Shown in pieces: positions 10,901 through 21,050 of a stretch of DNA of 64,000 nt. Positions within the stretch are counted from its first letter, which is position 1; the number at the start of each line of letters is the position of its first letter. Source of the stretch: an uncultured bacterium (GTDB taxonomy: Bacteria; Omnitrophota; Omnitrophia; Omnitrophales; Aquincolibacteriaceae); NCBI GenBank assembly GCA_964434115.1, contig CAYSSX010000004.1:81684-145683 (forward strand), given 5' to 3'. The position numbers and the translations under genes were made by a program. The notes beneath the pieces were generated by a model, which made no database searches, had not been told where the DNA came from, and saw nothing but the letters and a program-made list of their open reading frames with translations.

Positions 10901-11152
10901 TTAGGTTTTTTCGCCCGTGTTTCTTCCAAGCTCCCCCATCATTTTGAAAAACTCGGCATCTTTCATCATGCCCGACAATTCCTGCTTGGCCTTTTCGAGA
11001 TGGCTTTGAAACTCGTCCTTCTCCGCCAAGCCTTTCTCGCTTAAAAGGGCTAGAACGGCCTGCACATAGGAAAAAGCCAGAAAACTCGAAAGAGAAATTC
11101 TCTCTTCAAGCTGCTGAATTTTTTTCAAAATTTCAGATTCCGGTAAACTCAT
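10901..11152 (-). CDS. Small hypothetical coiled-coil protein
   Basis: 83 aa, charged and helical, no recognisable motif. Confidence 0.3.
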   Translation of the reverse strand: MSLPESEILKKIQQLEERISLSSFLAFSYVQAVLALLSEKGLAEKDEFQSHLEKAKQELSGMMKDAEFFKMMGELGRNTGEKT

Positions 11153-11341
11153 AGAAATGCTCCTCTTCGGAAGAATGCTGTTCGCGGTGCTCCCTGACAG
11201 GCTCCTGATCCCCGCGCTGTTTCAAACGCCCTTTTTAAGCGGGAATCGTTCCGGAACAAGGTTTCAAAAATAGTATCATAGAAGGGCCCGGACCGCGATC
11301 CGGACTTGCATTTTTAGTGATTTTAAGGATAATAACGCCCC

Positions 11342-11908
11342 ATGATCAACGCCAACGATTTAAAACGTAAAGACCATATCCTGCTCGACGGCCAGCCTTA
11401 CGCCGTACTCGAAGTTACCTTTGCTTCACCGTCCGCGCGCGGCGCTTCCACCATGGTCAAGGCACGTGTCCGAAACCTGCTTAATGCCGCGGTCCTGGAT
11501 AAAACCTTCAAGACTTCCGAGAAATTCGATGAGCCTGACGTGGAGCTGACGCCCGCCACTTATCAGTACTCCGATCCCCAGCAATACCATTTCATGGATG
11601 AAACGACCTACGAACAGTTCTCGCTCAGCATTGAAAAATTAGGGGACAATAAAAACTATCTCAAAGAAGGGATGGCCTTGCAGGCTTTGAAATTTAACGG
11701 AGAGGTCGTCTCTCTTGAACTTCCCCCTTATGTTGAACTCAAAATCATTTCAACGGACCCTCCGATCAAAGGCGCTTCCGCCGCGGGCAGTTCCAAAAAA
11801 CCCGCAACCGTGGAAACAGGCCTGAAGGTCCACGTCCCTCTTTACATCGAAGAAGGCACCGTAGTCCGCGTTAACACTGAGACCGGCGAAGTCAGCGGAC
11901 GCGCTTAG
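11342..11908 (+). CDS. efp: Translation elongation factor P
   Basis: 188 aa; conserved EF-P N-terminus and C-terminal segment (KPATVETGLKVHVPLYIEEGTVVRVNTETGE); loop SPSARGAST has Arg at the tip. Confidence 0.9.
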   Translation: MINANDLKRKDHILLDGQPYAVLEVTFASPSARGASTMVKARVRNLLNAAVLDKTFKTSEKFDEPDVELTPATYQYSDPQQYHFMDETTYEQFSLSIEKLGDNKNYLKEGMALQALKFNGEVVSLELPPYVELKIISTDPPIKGASAAGSSKKPATVETGLKVHVPLYIEEGTVVRVNTETGEVSGRA

Positions 11909-13008
11909 GCTTTCATCAAATTCTTCTTTTCGCTGTTCCCTTCAAATAACCTCGCCCAAACATAACTCGCAAGTAGAATCGCCGGAATGACGAGCAGCGG
12001 GTCAAGAATAGGGACCGGCATTTGCGGAAGCATTTTTCCAAAAATAAGCGACATCAGATTGTCCAAGGGCATGTGCATCAGATAAAGGCTGTAGGAGAAC
12101 CCGCCCAAAAATAAACCGGCTCTGTAAAGACTTCCGCGCGCCCAAAATCTGTCATAAGGCCGCAGAGCCCAGAGGAGTGCCGTGAAAAACAAAGCAAAGA
12201 GCGGCCGGGAAAAGAAAGAAATTAACAGGACGGCGAGACTCAAGGCCGTCAGCCCTCTGACCAATGGCTTTCCTTCCTTATCCAACCGGTACAGGACGAT
12301 CCCCGCGGCAAACTCGCCCCAGGATGAAAGGAACACACCATACGGCAGCCGTTCATGCACCCCGGGCACAAGGCTGATCCCCCAAACCAAGGTCACACAT
12401 CCTAAAATCTTCCAGTACCACCGGGGTTTGAGAAGCGCCACGGCGATCACAAAATACATCTGCACCAAAACAGCAATAAACCAGACCGGGCCATTCAGCG
12501 GAAGAAAGGCATGATTCAAGGCCTTTTCTATGGGAACGAAAATCTTCGTAAGGCTCAGGATACCGGCCCATTCTGCCGGGGAATAAGAAACAAAATATTC
12601 GGCGGGGTCAAGTCCCCAGACCCTGCAAAGGACCCAGCAGCACCAGGGAATTACAACAGCCGCAAAGAGGACGCTGAACCAATACGGAATCATGACCCGC
12701 CGCAGCCTTTTCATCAGAAAACTCCTGACTGATTGCTGTCCGGAGAGCACCTTTGCCGCGGCAGTTGAAATAGAAAAACCACTCAGAATAAAAAAAATGG
12801 GGACTCCGAGTCCACCGTTCTGAATCAGGAGGCGGAAGAATCCGGGGTAGGCTGCGGCGTGGCTGCTCAGCAGATGAAAAACAACGATCCACAAAATGGC
12901 AAAACCCCGCACGGCATCGAGCAGGCAATAACGCTCTGCCTGCCCTCGTGCTGAGGGCATTTCTGGGAAGCCCGATTTCATCCTCAATCCTCCGGTCTTA
13001 GCGAACAA
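11905..13008 (-). CDS. Acyltransferase family 3 (membrane O-acyltransferase)
   Basis: ~10 TM helices; N-terminal LDAVRGFAILWIV motif typical of acyltransferase_3. Start may be the internal Met at ~12981. Confidence 0.6.
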   Translation of the reverse strand: MFAKTGGLRMKSGFPEMPSARGQAERYCLLDAVRGFAILWIVVFHLLSSHAAAYPGFFRLLIQNGGLGVPIFFILSGFSISTAAAKVLSGQQSVRSFLMKRLRRVMIPYWFSVLFAAVVIPWCCWVLCRVWGLDPAEYFVSYSPAEWAGILSLTKIFVPIEKALNHAFLPLNGPVWFIAVLVQMYFVIAVALLKPRWYWKILGCVTLVWGISLVPGVHERLPYGVFLSSWGEFAAGIVLYRLDKEGKPLVRGLTALSLAVLLISFFSRPLFALFFTALLWALRPYDRFWARGSLYRAGLFLGGFSYSLYLMHMPLDNLMSLIFGKMLPQMPVPILDPLLVIPAILLASYVWARLFEGNSEKKNLMKA

Positions 13009-14161
13009 GAAAAGCCAGCGGTTTGATTCTTTTAAGTCCCTGAACCCAAAGCACTGCGATTAAAAGAATCAGGAGCGGGCGGAACATTTCCCAGACCACG
13101 GGCGGCAGCAGCGGCAGCCGAAAGGTCAAGCCTTCAAGAACCGCATAGTGAATAAGATAGACGCCCAGCATGTCCTCCCCGAACTTTTCAAAAAGACTGT
13201 GGCGTCCCCACTCAGGATGCGTCAAGGCAGCCTGAAAAATTCCGGCTGCTAATGGAATCGTTCCGTAGAGAATCCCATGCGTTTGGGCTGATGAAACATG
13301 GAAGTGCTCTTGTCCAAAGCGTTCGGCGGCAATCAGGAAAATCCCCGAAGCCATGAGAACTCCCTGAGTACGGACAGAAGCCCGCCAGCCGGAAATCTTC
13401 ATCATGGCCCCCAGACTTACAAAAAGCGGCCCTACCAGCGCCTGCGCACCACTGTAAAAATCCTCCGCGTATTTCATGGGGACCGAAATCCCAAGGACCT
13501 CCGAGTAAACGACAACGGCCGAAGCGTAGGCGTAGCCAAGGGCGCCCGCAAACAAGCAGACTTTTTCCTTTCCAGGAGAAAACTTTCTGAAACCCGTCCA
13601 GAATCCAAGACTGATTAAAAGAGAACTCAGGAACCAGAGATGAATCTTTGTCCCATGAAACAGAAAAGAAAGAGGATGCGCGAGGAGACTTTCGAGGGTT
13701 TCCGCCGCGTGCCAATAGACCCGCTTTAAAACGCCCTCGACCAGTCCTTTGTCCAGAAAGGTTTCCATGTAGCGGTGCGGAACAAAGGCATAAATCAAAG
13801 ACCAGGCCAGGAACAGCGGAAGAAGCCTTTTCAGGTATTTTTTAAACAACTCTGTTTCCGGAATTCCCTTTTGAGAAGAGGATTGAACAAAGAGATACCC
13901 GGAAAGGATAAAAAAATAAGGAACGGCAAACCGGCTCAGCGATCTCAGCATTTCACCGGCCCACGCCGCGGCCGGAAAGTTTGAAAATTCTGCCGAGAGA
14001 AACGTCTCGCAATGAATGATGATCACGGCAAGCAAACCTAGCGTACGCAGCACTTCGAAGCTGGAGGTCCGCCCTGGCGTCAGTTTTCTTGCACTTAGTT
14101 CCATAAATCCATGGTTTCGTAAGGCGGTTGGAGGAAAATCAAGGGCGGGACATAAAATCAA
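12998..14161 (-). CDS. Acyltransferase family 3 (membrane O-acyltransferase), second copy
   Basis: Polytopic membrane protein with the RxxxxxL-G-xxAII N-terminal pattern; tandem with the previous gene. Confidence 0.55.
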   Translation of the reverse strand: MILCPALDFPPTALRNHGFMELSARKLTPGRTSSFEVLRTLGLLAVIIIHCETFLSAEFSNFPAAAWAGEMLRSLSRFAVPYFFILSGYLFVQSSSQKGIPETELFKKYLKRLLPLFLAWSLIYAFVPHRYMETFLDKGLVEGVLKRVYWHAAETLESLLAHPLSFLFHGTKIHLWFLSSLLISLGFWTGFRKFSPGKEKVCLFAGALGYAYASAVVVYSEVLGISVPMKYAEDFYSGAQALVGPLFVSLGAMMKISGWRASVRTQGVLMASGIFLIAAERFGQEHFHVSSAQTHGILYGTIPLAAGIFQAALTHPEWGRHSLFEKFGEDMLGVYLIHYAVLEGLTFRLPLLPPVVWEMFRPLLILLIAVLWVQGLKRIKPLAFLVR

Positions 14162-14785
14162 TCACGCGGCTTTTCGGCGCTCCCCGAAGCAGCCGGCGAT
14201 CAACCCCCGGAACATCTCCACAGGAAGCTGATAATTAAGCGCTTCCGCCGGGGTTTCATTCAATTGCAAACTGGCATGGCTCGGGTTTTCTTCCTGCTTC
14301 CGTTCAGCGCGGTCCGCAAAATCATTGTACTGGCGGATAAACTCATCCATCCATCCCTGCATGCGGCGATCCGTATTTTTTCTGAAACAGGCCGCCTCTC
14401 CGAGCGCGCCCAGCAAGGCCCGGATCTCTTCGGGCGGAAAATCCTGATAAAACATCACCCGGGAAATTTCAAAGCGGAAATCCTCATGGAGCTTTCTGAC
14501 TTCGCGGTTAGGCGCGCTTGAAACAACCAGTGAAAAGAAGGTTCCGGGATGGAGAAACATCCAGCATTTTTTCTGGTCCCGGTAAAACAACTGCAAACAC
14601 CACTGGTCGAAAGACGGGGCGGAGAAAGGTTCTGAGGGAAGCGCATTTGACAAGCCTGCTTCATTCAGAAGCGACGATGACCCGTGAAATGTCAGCATTT
14701 TGTCCCCCCTCCTGGCTTGTGAAAAAAGTTCCCGTCCTGACAGAGAACCCTTTGTAAACTTACCTCGAAAACCGGGACAGTTCAA
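14162..14785 (-). CDS. Hypothetical protein
   Basis: ORF with coding-like composition directly upstream of the acyltransferase pair; no motif recognised. Confidence 0.3.
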   Translation of the reverse strand: MNCPGFRGKFTKGSLSGRELFSQARRGDKMLTFHGSSSLLNEAGLSNALPSEPFSAPSFDQWCLQLFYRDQKKCWMFLHPGTFFSLVVSSAPNREVRKLHEDFRFEISRVMFYQDFPPEEIRALLGALGEAACFRKNTDRRMQGWMDEFIRQYNDFADRAERKQEENPSHASLQLNETPAEALNYQLPVEMFRGLIAGCFGERRKAA

Positions 14786-14800
14786 AAAAAAGAGCCTTTT

Positions 14801-15604
14801 TTACCGGTAAACCCTCAAATAGCGGCGGGTTAGGGCAATCATAAAAAGCGGAACCATAATAAAACCCGATAGACACTCAAGAAGGGCCATGAGACGGATC
14901 CAGCCCACGGGTGTGTAGTCCCCATAACCAAGGGTCGTAAACGTCACACCGCTGAAATAAAGCGCATCCCAGAAGCTCACAGCCCCGACCTGTCCTTGAA
15001 AAGCCAGAAGGCCTGAAAAAGAATAGACGATAGCACTGCAAAGAATCATGACGCTTGCGGCAAAAACGGTTCTAAACGGTGACTCCCCATAACACCAAAT
15101 GAAGCGGCTCAACAGACCCATGATGCAGCGAAAAAAGGCCGTCATGCGTTCAAAAACCGAAGCCTTCAAAGGGTGCGGCATATTACGTTCCTGCTTATAG
15201 CCCGTCATAAAAACAAAAAACAAATAGCTGACAAAGGCGTGCTGAGACTCAATAAAACAATGCGAGTACCGGAAAAAATCGCCTTCCCGCTCATACAAAA
15301 GCCCTGCCTCACGGAATTGCCAGCGTGCCTGCGCAAAATCTCTCGCCAGCCAGGCTTCACGGGCCGCCATTTCACTTAAGTTTGCGGCTTCCAAAAGCGG
15401 TTCAAGACCGGTCTTAAGCTTTTCACAAAGAGAGCTTTGTCCAAAGCAATAGGCGGCATTCGCGTGATCTGACATACGCCGGTACAAAATTCCGGCTTCT
15501 TTGTAATACTGTCCGGCTTCATCAAGCTGCCTCCCTTTAAAAAAAGCTTCCGCTTCTTTAACCAGGCCATTCGCTTCAGAGTTGACAGTTTTATCGTCGG
15601 TCAT
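14801..15604 (-). CDS. Two-TM potassium channel with N-terminal TPR-like cytoplasmic domain
   Basis: Selectivity filter TTLGYGD flanked by two TM helices at the C-terminus; N-terminal ~110 aa helical-repeat (TPR-like) region. Confidence 0.65.
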   Translation of the reverse strand: MTDDKTVNSEANGLVKEAEAFFKGRQLDEAGQYYKEAGILYRRMSDHANAAYCFGQSSLCEKLKTGLEPLLEAANLSEMAAREAWLARDFAQARWQFREAGLLYEREGDFFRYSHCFIESQHAFVSYLFFVFMTGYKQERNMPHPLKASVFERMTAFFRCIMGLLSRFIWCYGESPFRTVFAASVMILCSAIVYSFSGLLAFQGQVGAVSFWDALYFSGVTFTTLGYGDYTPVGWIRLMALLECLSGFIMVPLFMIALTRRYLRVYR

Positions 15605-16755
15605 TCCTTTTCCTCATGGTCATTAATTCCATTTTTTAAGGGCAGTGCAAACAAGAAAGTGGTTCCTGAGCCAAGCGTGCTTTGAACAGAGAGAGTTCCG
15701 CCATGCGCCGCCACAATTCTCCGGCAAATATAAAGCCCAAGACCGGTTCCGAATTCCGCGGCACTCACAGCAGAAAACTGCTCGAACTTTCCAAAGACCT
15801 TCGGCATGTCCTCCGGGGCTATCCCCTGACCTGTGTCGGAAATCCGGCATAGCACCAGTCCGGCTTCGGCGGTAAGGCTCAAAGTGATGCTTCCTCTTTC
15901 AGTAAATTTTAGCGCGTTGTTGATCAGGTTGGTATACACCTGTTCAATCAGCTGGCGGTCCGCCTCCACAACCACCGGAGCTGCCGGAAGTTTTGCCTCA
16001 AGCGTCAGCTTACGTCCAAGCGCGAGCGGTTTAAAAAACCCGGTCACCTCTTGGACAAGAAGGTTTAAATCAAATTCGCTTTTTTTGAGGTTCAGCTTCC
16101 CGCTTTCGATCTTGGCCATGTCGAGAAGCTCGCTGGTGGTCCGGCGCAGCCCCTGAATTTTCCGCTGCGCTATTTCCAGAATGTTCTTCTGGGCTTCGGT
16201 CACCGGGCCAGCAAGGCCCTCCCTGATCTGCGAAACGGATTCCTGTAAAACCCCAAGGGGGTTCCGGAGTTCGTGGCTCACAATATTGACGAATTCGTCG
16301 CGCAAAAGAAGCAGGCGCTTTCTTTCCACGGCGTAACGAAGCGCCCGGATAAAACCTTCGGGTTCTATTTTTCCTTTCAGGAGATAGTCCTGGGCGCCTT
16401 TTTGCAAAGCTTCAATGGCGAGAGACTCTTCACGCACGTTTCCCGTCAAAAGGATCACGGGAACCTGAGGCCGGGCCTCGGCAATCTTTTCATAGATCTC
16501 AAGCCCATAACCATCCGGAAGGTTGAGGTCTGAAACCACAAGGTCATACTGGTTTTTTTTCAGCAGCTCCAGGCCCAGGGTAACGCGTTCTGCCCAGGCC
16601 AGGACAAATTCGCCTTTGCGTTTTTGCAGAACATGTTTCACCCACAAGGCATCATCTTCATCATCTTCAATCAGAAGAATATGAAGCATCGGGTTCTTCT
16701 CCTGCGCTTTTTCGGCTGGCGGCGTTCCAGCCGTAGAAAATTCGTCGGATTTCAT
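15601..16755 (-). CDS. Hybrid sensor histidine kinase / response regulator (N-terminal receiver, HisKA, HATPase_c)
   Basis: Receiver-domain Asp context (VVSDLNLPDGYG), H-box SHELRNPL, G-box GTGLGL; 4-nt ATGA overlap with the downstream K+ channel gene. Confidence 0.8.
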   Translation of the reverse strand: MKSDEFSTAGTPPAEKAQEKNPMLHILLIEDDEDDALWVKHVLQKRKGEFVLAWAERVTLGLELLKKNQYDLVVSDLNLPDGYGLEIYEKIAEARPQVPVILLTGNVREESLAIEALQKGAQDYLLKGKIEPEGFIRALRYAVERKRLLLLRDEFVNIVSHELRNPLGVLQESVSQIREGLAGPVTEAQKNILEIAQRKIQGLRRTTSELLDMAKIESGKLNLKKSEFDLNLLVQEVTGFFKPLALGRKLTLEAKLPAAPVVVEADRQLIEQVYTNLINNALKFTERGSITLSLTAEAGLVLCRISDTGQGIAPEDMPKVFGKFEQFSAVSAAEFGTGLGLYICRRIVAAHGGTLSVQSTLGSGTTFLFALPLKNGINDHEEKE

Positions 16756-16852
16756 AAAAGGCCCCGGTTAAATTATCTCTAAACAGTATTCTTCAATTCA
16801 TTTATCGGCAATAAATCTTGTTTTAAAAAGCAGGGGCTTCCTTCATAAGTCA

Positions 16853-18538
16853 TCAAGCCGTCGGATCCGTGATCCCTTTGATAGGACAGGCTTTCCATAA
16901 TCCAGACGTAAGAAGCTGTTCAATCGCTGGATGCGGCGTCAGATAAAGCGCTAAAATGTCCCATGTGTCCGTCACAGGGATTCGAATGATTCTTGCGCCT
17001 TCCGGTATTTGTCCTTCCTTGATAAAGTTGAATCTCACCATGGATTGTCCCCAAACCATCACGGCCGTCTGACTTATTCTCTTAGGAAGACCGCTCTGCT
17101 TTTTAATGTACCAGGGATGCGCCATGACAATGTGGACTTTGTTCCGGACAAGATAATCAAGCGGGGCAATATTCCCGTGTCCGGGCCAATTGCCAAGAAA
17201 GCTCCCATCAGGATCCCGGGGCAGTCCATGACGGGCAATCCAAGGGTCTGTGTGCCCGAGCATATCCACGCTTGCCAGCCCGGAGTAATACGGAATTGCG
17301 CCTGCGGGTGTCATGGCAATTTTGACATCTGAATTTTCTCCCAGATCCCTTCTGAGGGCTTTTCCGATCTGCGTCCATCTTTCCATCACATCCATTTTAT
17401 AGGGAAGCTCGATGGCCCAAGGAAGCCTGTCGTAAGAAACCGGATAACTCACGGAACCCAGTCCTATGAGGGCCGCGATCAAGAGGCGCAAAACCATCCG
17501 CCGGACACAAACCCGGAGCGTCCAAACAATGCTCACAAAAAGGAGCGGGATTACGGGAACCAGAAACCGGAACTCAAGGTAATCGCCCCGGGCAAGAACG
17601 ACGTACAAAAACCAGCTGCTAAAGACCGCAAGAAAAGCGGTTTTACAAAAGCTGTGCCGCTGCCCTCTCTGACAAAGGGCCAGCACTCCCAGAAACGCAA
17701 AGCCCGCCAGTCCATAAAAAATAAAAAAAGACGCAATGTACGCTGCCCCGCGCCACAAACTTCCGCTTTGCAGAAAACGGAAATAAAAAGTGTTGGGCAG
17801 GATATTACCGTAATAACATAGTTTCCAGAAAAACCAGGTTCCGCAGAGCACCATCAAGGGTGCCGCAAGGCCGATCAGGAGCTTTATTTTTCCGGGCCGG
17901 GACAGTTCCTTTTTCCGGAGGACCTGAAAAACACACAGTCCAAGGAGCGGCGTAAAATAGGCTGCGGAATCAAGCCGGGTCAGCAGTGCCAACGCGCAAA
18001 AAAAAGAAAGGCCGAGCACTCTTGGCCCTGAAATTCTAAAATTGCGTAGAATTTCCACGGCAAGCCATGCGGCACCGGTTAGAAAAGCAGTCTGCATCTG
18101 AGTTTCCATGCCGGTGCCGGCGCTGCCGCCAAAAGAATAATTAGTGCCGGCCAAAAGGACAGGCAGCCACGCCTCCGGCCCATCCCCCAAAACCGCACGG
18201 GCCAGACGCCGTGTCAGATAAAGTGACAGTGCAAAGCTGGCGAGTCCTGCAATATAAGAAGCGGCCACGGGATCCCACCCCGCTTTTATGACAGGCATAA
18301 AAATCAGTACCCATAAAAAATTCGTGTACCCTTCGACCCTTTCCCCGGCGTTCCAGACAAGGCCCAACCCCTTGGCCATATTTTCCGCATAACGAAAAGT
18401 GATAAAGGCATCGTCGACAAGGCAGCGGCGCTGCCAGGCAAGCCAAACGAGCGCCGCTAAACCGGCGCAGGCCAAAAGCTTTTCAAGAAGCCGATGCTTT
18501 TGAACTTTAAGAAACTTCCGGCTCTCTTCATGGATCAT
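16853..18538 (-). CDS. GT-C-like polytopic membrane protein with C-terminal soluble domain (putative glycosyltransferase), copy B
   Basis: N-terminal motif DDAFITFRYAENMAKGLGLVWNAGERVEGYTNFLW, ~11 TM helices. Start placed at the internal Met (18538), which gives an ATGA overlap with the upstream paralog. Confidence 0.45.
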   Translation of the reverse strand: MIHEESRKFLKVQKHRLLEKLLACAGLAALVWLAWQRRCLVDDAFITFRYAENMAKGLGLVWNAGERVEGYTNFLWVLIFMPVIKAGWDPVAASYIAGLASFALSLYLTRRLARAVLGDGPEAWLPVLLAGTNYSFGGSAGTGMETQMQTAFLTGAAWLAVEILRNFRISGPRVLGLSFFCALALLTRLDSAAYFTPLLGLCVFQVLRKKELSRPGKIKLLIGLAAPLMVLCGTWFFWKLCYYGNILPNTFYFRFLQSGSLWRGAAYIASFFIFYGLAGFAFLGVLALCQRGQRHSFCKTAFLAVFSSWFLYVVLARGDYLEFRFLVPVIPLLFVSIVWTLRVCVRRMVLRLLIAALIGLGSVSYPVSYDRLPWAIELPYKMDVMERWTQIGKALRRDLGENSDVKIAMTPAGAIPYYSGLASVDMLGHTDPWIARHGLPRDPDGSFLGNWPGHGNIAPLDYLVRNKVHIVMAHPWYIKKQSGLPKRISQTAVMVWGQSMVRFNFIKEGQIPEGARIIRIPVTDTWDILALYLTPHPAIEQLLTSGLWKACPIKGITDPTA

Positions 18539-20328
18539 GAGGGTTTTCTTTCCTTGCCGGATTTTGCGAGAGAGGCTTTTTGAATCGTGCTTTGAAGATC
18601 CTCCGGAGATTGAACAAGCATCGACTCCATGGAGATACCAGGATAAAGCTTTTGCCACTGCTCCCAAACAGCCGATTTTATTCCCGCGGAGTAAGGACTG
18701 CGGCGCCGGATGGCGATTCCGAAATCAAAAACCTGCGGGTAATACTCATAGTCTTTCCAGAAGCTCTCACTCTCCCAAAGCTGGCGCAGCATGTTTGTAT
18801 AGGCCCAATGAGGCAGCCAGATAAGATCAGGCTTACGGTTCAAAATGTCTTCCGCTGAAAACCCCTGGGCCGCGAGATGGGGATCATGAAGTCCTGCCAT
18901 GTCGATGATGGGAACGTGCGGATAATGCCCGCTGAGATACCCGTACTCCGTGGCAGCAACAGAGGCTCCTTCCGGCATATGCCCGCCGATGGCGGCCGCG
19001 CCCGTATAAGCCTTCCAGCCTTGAATGCGGACGAGCCTGTCATTGTTCATGAAGTTGTAAACTTCTTCGTCATAATTACCGCGCGTTTTCTCCAAACCGT
19101 TCTTTGCGTAGATTGCTTCTGCCTGCCCCAGTAAAAAAGCTGCGGACAGGAAAATAACGCCCGTCGCATACAATCGAAAAAACCAGGACCGGATATCACG
19201 TCTCCATGAAAAATCAGGCGCCTCTTCAATCTGAAGAAGCGCGGGCATGACGATGTAAGGCAAAGCCGGCATAAAAAACCTGCCGGGAAATCCCATGATC
19301 TGGACCGTCTGAAAAAGGACAGCACAAGTCAAAAGCACGGGGACGTAAAACACCGCAAGCATCCGGACATGCCGCCTGCGCAGAAAAAAAACCGAGAGCG
19401 CGAGAAAGGGGGCGGCCGGGCTCAGGAAATAATTAAAATACTGAAGCGGGTTAATCACATACTCTGCCCAATACCCCGGATAAAACCCGTGCGCCTTGAC
19501 ATAAGCTGAAAGAGGAACAGGACTGCCAAACATCCAGATCTTGAAAAGGGTGTCTGCTGCCAAAAAGCCGCAGAAAACAACCCCGTACGAAAGACCATAG
19601 CGGACTTTTTCCCGGGGCAAAAGGATTCCTATCGAAAGCAGCGGGAAAAGACTGGAATAAATAAAATTGTCGGGGCGGGCCAGAAAATTAAAGTACCCCA
19701 AGAAGGCTGTAAAAATGCAGGCTTTCAAGGATGGATTTTTCATAAATCCAACAACGGAAACGGCTAAAAGTGTGTTCGTAAAAATAGCAAAAGTCGTGTC
19801 AATCCCGGTCAAGGTATGAAAGGAAAAAACCGGGTGGATCAGAAGGCCTGCGAAAAGCGCCGCAGAAAGAACCGGGATGCGGCATCTTCTCAGAAGAATT
19901 CCGGCAGAGAGAACCCCAAAAAGCCAGGAGCTGAAAACAAGAAACTGATCGGGCCGGAAAGGCCAGACCCGAAGCCCTGTGCTAATCCACAAAAGGTAGC
20001 CCAGACTCGTGGCCCCATAGACCGGTCTTTCCCCGATGTTCCATGAAAGCCCATGCCCGTGGATGAGATGATGGGCATACCGGAGGAACATGTAAGCATC
20101 ATCAAAATGGCTCTCGTCCTGCTGAAGGACCTGAACGGCTGAAACAGCGAGGGCTCCCAGGACAAGAAGCACGGCCATCCATCGAGACGCCTGTTTAAGA
20201 CGCTGGGAAGTGACTTGAAGTGTCTGCATGCTTTGCATAAGGCTGCGCCGCCTGTTAAAACTCTGGGTGATGACTCTTGGGATTCTAAAGAAACACGTCC
20301 TCCCCAGGCAAGGGGATATTCCTGGCAA
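18535..20328 (-). CDS. GT-C-like polytopic membrane protein with C-terminal soluble domain (putative glycosyltransferase), copy A
   Basis: Paralogous N-terminal motif DDAYMFLRYAHHLIHGHGLSWNIGERPVYGATSLGYLLW; 597 aa. Confidence 0.45.
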   Translation of the reverse strand: MPGISPCLGRTCFFRIPRVITQSFNRRRSLMQSMQTLQVTSQRLKQASRWMAVLLVLGALAVSAVQVLQQDESHFDDAYMFLRYAHHLIHGHGLSWNIGERPVYGATSLGYLLWISTGLRVWPFRPDQFLVFSSWLFGVLSAGILLRRCRIPVLSAALFAGLLIHPVFSFHTLTGIDTTFAIFTNTLLAVSVVGFMKNPSLKACIFTAFLGYFNFLARPDNFIYSSLFPLLSIGILLPREKVRYGLSYGVVFCGFLAADTLFKIWMFGSPVPLSAYVKAHGFYPGYWAEYVINPLQYFNYFLSPAAPFLALSVFFLRRRHVRMLAVFYVPVLLTCAVLFQTVQIMGFPGRFFMPALPYIVMPALLQIEEAPDFSWRRDIRSWFFRLYATGVIFLSAAFLLGQAEAIYAKNGLEKTRGNYDEEVYNFMNNDRLVRIQGWKAYTGAAAIGGHMPEGASVAATEYGYLSGHYPHVPIIDMAGLHDPHLAAQGFSAEDILNRKPDLIWLPHWAYTNMLRQLWESESFWKDYEYYPQVFDFGIAIRRRSPYSAGIKSAVWEQWQKLYPGISMESMLVQSPEDLQSTIQKASLAKSGKERKPS

Positions 20329-20428
20329 GCAAGCTTAAAGCGCTCGTTGTGCAGAGAGCAGTATCATACGCGGGAAGTTTTCATCCGCTGCAAGGGTTTG
20401 AACTCAAACCCCTTTTCAAAACAGCATC

Positions 20429-20902
20429 TTAATCCGGATCTCCAGTATGCGCGGACTGATCAGATGGGCGGATTTCCGTATGACGGATCTGGCCTCCAAG
20501 GTAGGCTGTGCGCGCCATGACGGCTTCGGCAAAAAGGGAGCCGGCCAAAGCTATCAAAACGACTGGCACGTAAATCTTGGGGTGCTCCGGACCTGCCAAA
20601 AACCCCACGAAAGAAACACCCCCTAAAACAAGAACCGCGATCAACGCGAACTCCGCGGCCTCCTCATGGTTGTGAATCCAGTTTTCAGTAACCCCGGGGA
20701 AATCTTCGATGCGTTCTTCAGCCCCTTCCCCTGTCAAATAGACCGGGATGGTGAGGAGCCCCGCGGCGAAAAACAAAATCAAAGCCGCAGTCTTTAAATC
20801 GTCTTTGCGGAAAAGAAGCCCCGCGCTCAGCAAAAAAAACCCGATGAGAATTGAAATCAGGGGAACATGATTAAGTAAAAGGTGAATGTGCGCTGGGTCC
20901 AT
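20429..20902 (-). CDS. Four-TM membrane protein of unknown function (paralog of 60598..61188)
   Basis: N-terminus MDPAHIHLLLNHVPLISILIGFFLL; C-terminal YLGGQIRHTEIRPS shared with the second copy. Confidence 0.45.
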   Translation of the reverse strand: MDPAHIHLLLNHVPLISILIGFFLLSAGLLFRKDDLKTAALILFFAAGLLTIPVYLTGEGAEERIEDFPGVTENWIHNHEEAAEFALIAVLVLGGVSFVGFLAGPEHPKIYVPVVLIALAGSLFAEAVMARTAYLGGQIRHTEIRPSDQSAHTGDPD

Positions 20903-21050
20903 AAAAACTCTCCTTGTAAATTTGATCTATTGAAATGATTTGGCGCAGGAGGGACACCAAACATAATTCTTTCAAACAAACTCACTTTTTAGTCTTCGCC
21001 CTTAATTCCCGGATATCCAGGAAACAGAAAGCCTGCGGGATTTCCTGAGA

